Shown in pieces: positions 1 to 7,696 of a stretch of 63,216 nucleotides of DNA (within the stretch, counting starts at the first letter, position 1; the number at the start of each line of letters is the position of its first letter). Source of the stretch: Bacteroidota bacterium (GTDB lineage Bacteria; Bacteroidota; Ignavibacteria; SZUA-365); NCBI GenBank assembly GCA_035914695.1, contig JAMIQH010000153.1:1-63216 (forward strand), written 5' to 3'. Position numbers and translations under genes: made by a program. The notes under the pieces were generated by a model. The model saw nothing but the letters and a program-made list of their open reading frames with translations. It was not told the origin of the DNA and made no database searches.

Positions 1-669
1 GTCGCGATCGATGACGATGGGTTCGCCTTTCATCTGGGGAATGACGACGGGAAGAATCTCCTCCGCCAGTCTGCCATCGGCTTGCGCGGCCGCGGCCTTT
101 TCCTGGCTGCGCAAAGCGAATGCGTCCTGATCCTCACGCGAAATACCGAGTTCGCTTGCCAGATTCTGCGCCGTCTGCATCATCGAGTCGGTGCCGTAGC
201 GCGCGTCCAACGCGGGATTGACGAAGCGCCAGCCCAGCGTGGTGTCGTACATATTCACCGCGCGTGAGAAGGCCTCGGTGGCTTTGCCCAGCACGAAAGG
301 CGCGCGGCTCATGCTCTCGACGCCTCCGGCGAGCACGACATCGGCTTCGCCGCTGCGAATGGCCTGCGCGGCGCGTCCCACCGCATCCATGCCCGACCCG
401 CAGAGGCGGTTCACGGTCATGCCGGATACGGTGTCGGGGAGCCCCGCCAGCAGCAGAGCCATACGTGCAACGTTGCGATTGTCTTCGCCGGCCTGATTGG
501 CGCAGCCGAGTATCACGTCGTCGATGCTCTCGGGAGGGAGGGAGGGGTTCCGTTCCAGCATCGCGCGCAGTACGCCGGCGGCGAGATCGTCGGGTCGCAC
601 CATGGCGAGCGCGCCGCCATGCCTGCCGATGGGGGTGCGTATGGCATCGCAGATATACACGTCGCTCAT
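1..669 (-). CDS. thiolase (acetyl-CoA C-acyl/acetyltransferase), N-terminal part; 3' end runs off the left window edge
   Basis: Absent from the ORF track because it is open at the edge. My reverse translation from ATG at 669 gives MSDVYICDAIRTPIGRHGGALAM..., then GMTVNRLCGSG (thiolase catalytic Cys motif). The upstream gene stops at 672, so it is the same operon. Confidence 0.85.
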   Translation of the reverse strand, partial: MSDVYICDAIRTPIGRHGGALAMVRPDDLAAGVLRAMLERNPSLPPESIDDVILGCANQAGEDNRNVARMALLLAGLPDTVSGMTVNRLCGSGMDAVGRAAQAIRSGEADVVLAGGVESMSRAPFVLGKATEAFSRAVNMYDTTLGWRFVNPALDARYGTDSMMQTAQNLASELGISREDQDAFALRSQEKAAAAQADGRLAEEILPVVIPQMKGEPIVIDRD

Positions 670-671
670 GG

Positions 672-2015
672 TCACATCGCTCCTTCGCGTCGCGCCACGG
701 TGTCGATACGCGGCTTGAGCGTGCGGAAGGCGTGGAGCAGGCCGTCGGCGAGGCGGTCTACCTCGGCGGCGCCGAGCGCGGTGGAGAACATGCAGGCGAA
801 GGTGTTGATCATGAGAATGTGCTCCTCGGTGTACATGTACTCCAGCAACTCATTGATCACCTGCTGCGTCTCCTTTGGTTGCCAGGCCTCGCGATAGGTG
901 GCGGGTGGAGTTTCGGACAGATGCATGCGGAACATCGACCCCGCGCCGGTGATGGAAACCGGTACATCGGCAACGCGCGCGGCTTCCTCGATGCGCGCGA
1001 TGGCCTGCGCGGTGAGCGCGTTGAGTCGTGTCACGGCATCGCGGTCGAATAGCGCCATGGCGGTGTAGCCCGCCGTCATGGTGATGGGATTGGCCGAAAA
1101 GGTCCCGGAGTGGGGGAAGGGAACGTTCGGTTGCCGGGGATCCAACACCTGCATCACTTCCGCGCGACCCGCGAGCGCGCCCACGGGGAAGCCGCCGCCG
1201 ATGATTTTGCCCAGCGCGGTGAGATCGGGCGCCACACTGTAGCGCTCCTGCGCTCCGCCATAGCCGACGCGGAAGGTCACCACCTCGTCGAAGCACAACA
1301 GCGCCCCGTTGCGCCGCGTCCAAGCATGCAGGGCTTCCACAAATTCGGCACTGCCCGGCACCAGTCCCACGCGATGGGGCACGGGATCGATGAGCACGCA
1401 GGCGAGTTCCGACGCGTGACGGTCGAGAATGGCGAGCGTGCGCTCAATGTCGTTGTAGGGAAAAATGATGACGTCCTCCAGCACGCCACGCGGGGTGCCG
1501 TGGGCGAGCGGAACGCTGTTGGGGCTGTCGATGTCGCCCCAGTTGGAGGGATTGGCCACCTGACTGACTTCCGCGAAATCATACGTGCCGTGATAGGCGC
1601 CCTCGGCCTTGGCCATTTTCGGTCGGCCGGTGAAGGCGCGCGCGGCCTTGATCATGGCCATCACGGCCTCGGTGCCGGAATTCACGAAGCGCAGCATCTC
1701 GAAACCGGGGACGCGGTCGCGCAGCAATTCCGCAAACACGACTTCTATTTCCGATGCCATGGTAAATGCGCTGCCGCGGCGGAGTTGTTCGGTGACGGCT
1801 TCGACGATGGAGGGATGCGCGTGTCCGTGGATGAGCGCGGCCATGTTGTTCGCGAAATCGATGCGCGTCACGCCTTCGATATCGGTGATCAGGCAACCCG
1901 CCGCCTTTTCCACATAATGCGGATGGGGACGGCGGAAGACGGTGTTGCGGCTCACACCGCCGGGGAGCACGGTGCAGGCCTTGGTGTAAATCGCTTCGCT
2001 TTTGTCGCTTGTCAT
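672..2015 (-). CDS. class-III PLP aminotransferase (glutamate-1-semialdehyde aminomutase-like / beta-transaminase-like)
   Basis: ORF 672..2045. The N-terminus MTSDKSEAIYTKACTVLPGGVSRNT and FDEVVTFR are typical of the GSAM-like fold-type I class III family. ATG at 2015 preferred over GTG at 2045. Confidence 0.85.
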   Translation of the reverse strand: MTSDKSEAIYTKACTVLPGGVSRNTVFRRPHPHYVEKAAGCLITDIEGVTRIDFANNMAALIHGHAHPSIVEAVTEQLRRGSAFTMASEIEVVFAELLRDRVPGFEMLRFVNSGTEAVMAMIKAARAFTGRPKMAKAEGAYHGTYDFAEVSQVANPSNWGDIDSPNSVPLAHGTPRGVLEDVIIFPYNDIERTLAILDRHASELACVLIDPVPHRVGLVPGSAEFVEALHAWTRRNGALLCFDEVVTFRVGYGGAQERYSVAPDLTALGKIIGGGFPVGALAGRAEVMQVLDPRQPNVPFPHSGTFSANPITMTAGYTAMALFDRDAVTRLNALTAQAIARIEEAARVADVPVSITGAGSMFRMHLSETPPATYREAWQPKETQQVINELLEYMYTEEHILMINTFACMFSTALGAAEVDRLADGLLHAFRTLKPRIDTVARREGAM

Positions 2016-2041
2016 GATGATAGTCCGTGTATTTGCCGAGG

Positions 2042-2704
2042 TCACAGGGTGCTGTCGATGTGCAGGTCCGCCGCGGTGACGCTGCGGAGGAAGTCCATAT
2101 CCACGCCGGGCGCGAGTTCGCGCACGTATAGCATTTTATCGCGCACATCCAGTGTGGCGTAGTTGGTGTAAATGCGTGTCACCACATTTTTCCCGGTGAG
2201 CGGATAGGTGCAGGAGCGCACGATTTTGGATTCGCCGGACTTGGTGCAATGCTGCGTGATGACGAAGATGTTGCGCACGCCCGCCACGAGATCCATCGCG
2301 CCACCCACTGCGGGCACGGCGCCGGGTTCACCCGTGGACCAGTTGGCGAGATCGCCTTCCTGCGAAACCTGATACGCGCCGAGCACGCAGTAATCGATAT
2401 GTCCGCCGCGAATCATCATGAAGCTGTCCGCGTGATGGAAGTAGCAGGCGCCGGGCAGGGCGGTCACGCATTTCTTGCCCGCATTGATGAGTTCGGGATC
2501 CTCCTTGCCGGCTTCCGGTACGGGGCCCATACCGAGCAGACCGTTCTCGGTGTGGTAAAGCAATTCGCGTCCCTCGGGTACGAAACCGGCGACGAGTTCG
2601 GGAATGCCAATGCCGAGATTCACATACGAGCCATCGGGAATATCGTTGGCCACGTTGCGCGCGACCTCGCGAATATCCCAACCGCGATTGTCCGTGCCGC
2701 TCAT
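2042..2704 (-). CDS. 3-oxoacid CoA-transferase subunit B
   Basis: ORF 220 aa. The HTENGLLGMGP motif (catalytic Glu of family I CoA-transferases) is present. Its ATG overlaps the subunit A stop (ATGA). Confidence 0.9.
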   Translation of the reverse strand: MSGTDNRGWDIREVARNVANDIPDGSYVNLGIGIPELVAGFVPEGRELLYHTENGLLGMGPVPEAGKEDPELINAGKKCVTALPGACYFHHADSFMMIRGGHIDYCVLGAYQVSQEGDLANWSTGEPGAVPAVGGAMDLVAGVRNIFVITQHCTKSGESKIVRSCTYPLTGKNVVTRIYTNYATLDVRDKMLYVRELAPGVDMDFLRSVTAADLHIDSTL

Positions 2705-3411
2705 GGGTACCTCCTGCCTTCGGCGACGAGAGTGGATTCATCCTGCGGAAGCGCGACATGCACGACGCGCTGCACGAAGATGCCGGGGGTGACCACGCAT
2801 TCCGGATCGATACCTCCGACATCAAGCAGCTCGCGCGACTGCGCGATGGTGACGCGCGCGGCGGTGCACATCACCGGTCCGAAATTCCGCGCCGTTTTAT
2901 TGTACACGAGATTGCCGTAACGATCGGCGCGATGGCATTTCACCAGGGCGAAATCGGCGCGGATGGCATGCTCGAGCACATGCGTGACACCGTTGAAGTC
3001 GCGCGTTTCCTTCCCCTCGGCCAGAGGCGTGTTCACCGATGTGGGTGTGTAAAAGGCGGGAATGCCCGCGCCGCCGCAGCGGATGCGCTCGGCCATGGTG
3101 CCTTGCGGTACCAGCTCGAGTTCGATTTCTCCACGCTCGTACAGCTCGGGGAAGACCACCGAGTTGGCGGTTTTCGGAAAGGAGCAGATCATTTTCCGCA
3201 CGCGGCCCTGCTCGATGAGCGAGGCCAGGCCCACGTGCCCGCTGCCGGTATTGTTGCTGACGATGGTGAGTTCGCGCGCGCCTTGATCCACCAGCGCGTG
3301 TATCAGTTCGATGGGGCTGCCCGCCTCGCCGAAGCCGCTGATGAGCACCGTGGCGCCGTCGAACACGTCGGCCACGGCCTCCGCGGCCGAAGGAACGATT
3401 TTATTGATCAT
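2701..3411 (-). CDS. 3-oxoacid CoA-transferase subunit A
   Basis: ORF 2701..3471. Start taken at MINKIVPSAAEAVADVFDGATVLISGFG (ATG 3411), a typical subunit A N-terminus. Confidence 0.9.
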   Translation of the reverse strand: MINKIVPSAAEAVADVFDGATVLISGFGEAGSPIELIHALVDQGARELTIVSNNTGSGHVGLASLIEQGRVRKMICSFPKTANSVVFPELYERGEIELELVPQGTMAERIRCGGAGIPAFYTPTSVNTPLAEGKETRDFNGVTHVLEHAIRADFALVKCHRADRYGNLVYNKTARNFGPVMCTAARVTIAQSRELLDVGGIDPECVVTPGIFVQRVVHVALPQDESTLVAEGRRYP

Positions 3412-4978
3412 GGCTTTCCGCCTTGTCCAATTCGCGCTGCAGCGCCGCGGCGAGCCGCTGCTCGATGGCAATGCATTCGTCCTCGTAGAAATGCTTCTCG
3501 CCCTGATACGGCAGCAGCTTCTCGATGGTGTTCTCCGTTTCGTCGTAGCGCGCGAGATACACGCGGTCCATCCAGTCCATGTTGCGGCCTTCGTTGAATT
3601 TCAGCGCGAACACGGTTTCGCCATTCACCTCGGCGGTGCCGAGCAGGGAAATCTTGCCCGCGGACGAGGTCATGGTGATGTAGCGCGAAGGACGATTGAC
3701 CGAGGAGAGCGACTTGTACACCTTGCTGAAAATCTTTTGGATGTCGGCCAGCGGCGCGGTGAAGTAATGATGCTCGCCGGTGGGACGCGCGCAATACATG
3801 GAGTGGAAACCCACGCCGAGCATGCCGAGCAGATTGCCGAGATCGATCCAGTTTTGCGCCGAGCGCTCGATGTCCACCGCACCATCGGGATGGGTGAACA
3901 AGCTGATGTGCTTCATGATCGGACTCTGGCTTTTAATCGCCACGCCGTGCGCCTTCAAACGACGAATGGCGGCGATGGTGCCGGGATTGAGGATGTCGCG
4001 CGGCGTCGAGAGATGCGCCACCCAGATCACCTGCACGCCACTGTCCACGCACTGGCGCAACAGGGCGAGAATGTTCTCGAATTCATCGGTGAGTAACAGC
4101 TCCGGGTGGAAGGTCAACGCGCGCGAGCCGAAGCGCAGCGTGCGCACATGCGCCAGCGTCGGATCGGACAGCAGCGGCAGCACGTACTCGGCGAGGCGGT
4201 CGTAATGAATGAAGCCGCCGTCGCCGCCCGTGATCAAGATGTCGGTGATCTCTTTGTGGCGGCGCAGGTAGTGGTGCAACTGCGCAACGTCGTCCTGCAC
4301 GAACATATCCTCGTCGCCACGCACCTGCGCATGACGGAAGCAGTACGTGCAGAAAGCGAAGCAATTCTGCGTGAAGCGGTCGAAGATCAGGGCGATGGGT
4401 GGATACTTGTGCTGGCAGCCCTGGAGAATTTCCAGATGGCCGTCGTCGTTGAGAAACCACGGCTTGTTCAGCATCTGCTTGCCGTCGTGCGGATTGGTCT
4501 TGCGCGTGTATTCCTCGACCACGAGGCGGCGATCGTCGTCCGTCGCGGCGTCGAGGTAGCGCTGCACGTCATCGTGCGGAATCATGCCCGGCTGCGGGAA
4601 TACGAGCTGATACATGGTATCCTGCTCGTAGTTGGTCCAGTCGATGGAATTCAGCACGTGCTTGGTGGCGAGGAAGCGATAGACCTCGATGAAGAATTCG
4701 CGCTCCTTGATGTCACCGAGTTCGATGCCGTTGCTTGCGAGCACGGCCACAATTTCCCGAAAACCTGCAAGACCGTTGTAGTAGGTTTTCCCGGAAAAAT
4801 AGTAGTCATCGGTGCGGAAAAAGCGCGAGTGTTGCGGGAAATTCAGATGCAGGCGATGCATCAGCGCAGGAGGGAGCAGATGCTCGTCCTGAATAATGCG
4901 GCGGGTTTCATCGCTGAAGTGGTAGCGCGTGAGCATGGCGTCGACATCGCGGGCGTGAATGGCTGGGCTTTCAATCAT
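3401..4978 (-). CDS. KamA-family radical SAM amino-acid 2,3-aminomutase-like protein (about 525 aa)
   Basis: ORF 3401..5071. Contains the CFAFCTYCFR CxxxCxxC cluster and ITGGDGG. Start taken at MIESPAIHARD (ATG 4978). Its 3' end overlaps the ctfA-like start by 11 nt. Confidence 0.8.
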   Translation of the reverse strand: MIESPAIHARDVDAMLTRYHFSDETRRIIQDEHLLPPALMHRLHLNFPQHSRFFRTDDYYFSGKTYYNGLAGFREIVAVLASNGIELGDIKEREFFIEVYRFLATKHVLNSIDWTNYEQDTMYQLVFPQPGMIPHDDVQRYLDAATDDDRRLVVEEYTRKTNPHDGKQMLNKPWFLNDDGHLEILQGCQHKYPPIALIFDRFTQNCFAFCTYCFRHAQVRGDEDMFVQDDVAQLHHYLRRHKEITDILITGGDGGFIHYDRLAEYVLPLLSDPTLAHVRTLRFGSRALTFHPELLLTDEFENILALLRQCVDSGVQVIWVAHLSTPRDILNPGTIAAIRRLKAHGVAIKSQSPIMKHISLFTHPDGAVDIERSAQNWIDLGNLLGMLGVGFHSMYCARPTGEHHYFTAPLADIQKIFSKVYKSLSSVNRPSRYITMTSSAGKISLLGTAEVNGETVFALKFNEGRNMDWMDRVYLARYDETENTIEKLLPYQGEKHFYEDECIAIEQRLAAALQRELDKAESHDQ

Positions 4979-5616
4979 GGTGTCGCAATTATTGTTGTGA
5001 GAAAACGTAGTAGTCGTGTTGAGTCGGCGCCGCACCGCGCAGGCGGCCTGGACGCAGCTTGTGTTGCACACGGCCGGAGGCGCTGTGCGCTTCCGGAGGA
5101 GGGGTCAATGCCGCGTTCATCGTTCAGTGCTTTCCGCGCCGCGGCTGAAAGCTGGTGGAGGAGTTCATGCCCGGGGGAATGGGAGTCGGGCACAGGAAAA
5201 CGCGTGCGATTCGCTGGGTGTCGGTAACGTTGTCGTCGTTGAAGCGCATGATCCTTTCATCGGGTCGGTGGTGCTCCTGGCGGTCGGTTGCCGCGGATCG
5301 CGTGGCATGGGGAATGCCGCTCGCGTTTCCATGATATAAATATACGAAAGTCGCTTGAAAAACAGACCGCGAAGGATGTAACCGCGCAAGACGCGAAAGA
5401 ATTGTGTGATGGCGGTGTCTGCGTTGTTGTTGCTGTGCGACACGGGGACAGCGGGTCGATGACGAGGGTGGGGCAGGGGGCAGGTCAGCGGATGCAGGGG
5501 CGCGCCGGAGCTATCGCACCTTCGAGCGTGATACCGGCGCATGAATGCAAGGCAGCGCCGAGCCGGTGTGGTGGCGGTGATTCACGGTCCGGAACTGGCG
5601 ACGGTGTGTTGTGCTA

Positions 5617-6693
5617 CTAGCGCAGTTCGGTGGAGAGCACGAAACGCAGGATGCGGTTGTTGCCGGTGTCGGCCACGTAGAGGATGCGGTCGAACCAGGC
5701 GATGCCCTCGGGGCGTGAGAATACCGTGGGTCCTCCGAAGGCCTGCGTGATGAAGCCCGATGGATTGAAGGTGAAGACACTGTCGCGTCCGGCATCCACC
5801 ACGAAGACGGTGCCCGTGGCGTTCACGCTCACATCTTCGGGTTGATGGAACAAGCTCACGCGGAGAAAGTCCACCGCGCCGTCGCGCGCCGGGGTGAACC
5901 ACGATTCCCACTGCGTGATGTCTCCGAGAGTGCGTTGCGTGAGCCACTGCATGCGGAACAGCGATTTCTCGCCGCGCTGCGTGAACAGCACGTCATTGCT
6001 GCGCCGTGGCAGCGTGGCGAGCGAGCTGGGCTGCGTGAGCGTCGCCAATCCCGTGCCGTCCACACTGACAGTGGGCCACTCCACGCGAGGGCGCGGCTGA
6101 TCGTCGCTGCCGAAGAGCATGATGGCGTCGTCGGGATCGACGATGCTGCTGTTGTTCGGTCCCGTGCGCGCCACGTAGTACGAATTGTCCGCCAGCACCG
6201 CAATGCCGGTGTAGCGGCGGTTGGTGTTCAACGGGTCGAAATACACGCGGCGCACACCGGCCGTGGCAATGTTGTGTCCGGCGGCAACCATGTCGATGCG
6301 GTACACCGCGCCGTAGGTGACAGTGCTCCCGCCTATCGTGGTATCGAATTCTCCACACACCAACAGCTGCAAGCGGTAATCCTGCGCTATCGCGGTGGGG
6401 CGCGGAATGCGTGCGGATGATCCCACAATGCTCCCCGCCAGATCGAGCATGGTCACGCGATCGGCACCGCGTTCGCTCACATAGAGGAACGGTTCAAAAC
6501 CGACATGCACATCCGATGGCTCGCTGAAGCCCGTCCAGATCGGCTGCTGCAACACGTAACTCGTATCGCCGAAACTGTCCGGTGGAGCGGTGGCTCCGAG
6601 ATTGGCGGTGTCGAAGGTGTCGCCGCAGCGCGCGAAAAGTATGACGGCACCGAAAGCAAGGGCTGCGCGGGTGAGCGTGCTGATGATGTTCAT
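5617..6693 (-). CDS. NHL/beta-propeller-like lipoprotein, function unknown
   Basis: ORF 358 aa. Signal peptide with lipobox-like AVILFARCGD. C-terminal ILYVADTGNNRILRF is an NHL-repeat-like motif. Starts 2 nt after the PorV-like stop. Confidence 0.6.
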   Translation of the reverse strand: MNIISTLTRAALAFGAVILFARCGDTFDTANLGATAPPDSFGDTSYVLQQPIWTGFSEPSDVHVGFEPFLYVSERGADRVTMLDLAGSIVGSSARIPRPTAIAQDYRLQLLVCGEFDTTIGGSTVTYGAVYRIDMVAAGHNIATAGVRRVYFDPLNTNRRYTGIAVLADNSYYVARTGPNNSSIVDPDDAIMLFGSDDQPRPRVEWPTVSVDGTGLATLTQPSSLATLPRRSNDVLFTQRGEKSLFRMQWLTQRTLGDITQWESWFTPARDGAVDFLRVSLFHQPEDVSVNATGTVFVVDAGRDSVFTFNPSGFITQAFGGPTVFSRPEGIAWFDRILYVADTGNNRILRFVLSTELR

Positions 6694-6694
6694 G

Positions 6695-7696
6695 TTACAG
6701 TCCCAATCTCACTGTGATGCGATGCACGCCACCGAGGCGTCCGAAATCCGCGAAGGCGTAATCCACGCCCGCACGCGCCGTGGCAATGGGCGCCCAGATG
6801 CCCGCACCGGCGGTGAGGCCTTCCTCGTCCACATTCAGTTTGTATCCGGTGCGCAGAAAGAAGGTCTCGTTCCACGCGTACTCGGCGCCGAGGACGAGAT
6901 TCTCGCTGTTGTCGTTTGGATGGTTGAGCTGAATGGATGTGGTGATGCGATTCGTTTCATCCTGCAGCGGCTCGAAGGCGAAGCCGATGCGGAACATGGT
7001 GGGCGGAGAAAATTCCTGGAAATCCTTCACTACCCCGATGCGCGGCAGCGTCACTTCGCCTTCAGGCGATACGTTGTTGCCGAAGTTGGACACGGCCACG
7101 GAGAAGCGCGTGCTGCCCAGGCCGGTGCGGTAATGCGTGCCGAGGTCGATCATGACGGCCCGCGTTTTCAGCACGTCGATGGTCTCCTCCACATAGCGCA
7201 CGGTGGCGCCGAAGGAAAATTGCTCGGTGAGCTTGCGTGCGTAACTCAGCCCCAGCGCCACATCGCCATAGGAAAAGTAGCGTCCCGTGCCGAAGGGCTG
7301 CGTTTCGGTGGTCACTTCCATATCGTCGGTGTGCAGGGAGACGAAGGACACACCGATCGCGTCGCCGGGCGAAAGCCGATACACCACGCCCACGAATTCA
7401 TGCTGCAATTCCACCAGCCAGCTCGTGTGTGAGAACATCGCCTGATGGCCCTCGAATTGCACAAGGCCTGCGGGATTGTATTGCAGGGCCGAGGCATCAT
7501 CCGCCACGGCCACGAAGGCCTCGCCCATGCCCACGGCGCGCGCGCCCGCACCGATTTTGAGGAATTGCAGCGAACTGATGCCCGCGCGTTGTCCGCCCAG
7601 CAAGGGCATGAGCTGCGCCTGCGCCGCTACGGGCAGGGCGGCGAGCACGAGGAGAAGCGGCAACAGCCGCGAACGGAAGAGCGTCATGCGTGTCAT
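6695..7696 (-). CDS. PorV/PorQ-family outer-membrane beta-barrel protein
   Basis: ORF 6695..7807. Start taken at MTRMTLFRSRLLPLLLVLAALPVAAQA (ATG 7696). GAGARAVGMGEAFVAVADDASALQYNPAGL is the hallmark N-terminal motif of PorV/PorQ-like barrels. Its ATG overlaps the upstream TBDR stop (ATGA). Confidence 0.75.
   Translation of the reverse strand: MTRMTLFRSRLLPLLLVLAALPVAAQAQLMPLLGGQRAGISSLQFLKIGAGARAVGMGEAFVAVADDASALQYNPAGLVQFEGHQAMFSHTSWLVELQHEFVGVVYRLSPGDAIGVSFVSLHTDDMEVTTETQPFGTGRYFSYGDVALGLSYARKLTEQFSFGATVRYVEETIDVLKTRAVMIDLGTHYRTGLGSTRFSVAVSNFGNNVSPEGEVTLPRIGVVKDFQEFSPPTMFRIGFAFEPLQDETNRITTSIQLNHPNDNSENLVLGAEYAWNETFFLRTGYKLNVDEEGLTAGAGIWAPIATARAGVDYAFADFGRLGGVHRITVRLGL

Noticed and set aside
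4979-5400. Lysine (L-box) riboswitch upstream of the KamA-family gene
   Set aside because: I read the minus-strand leader and found none of the conserved L-box segments I remember, such as AGAGGCGC or GUCGCCGAAGG-type elements. Only generic GC hairpins are present.
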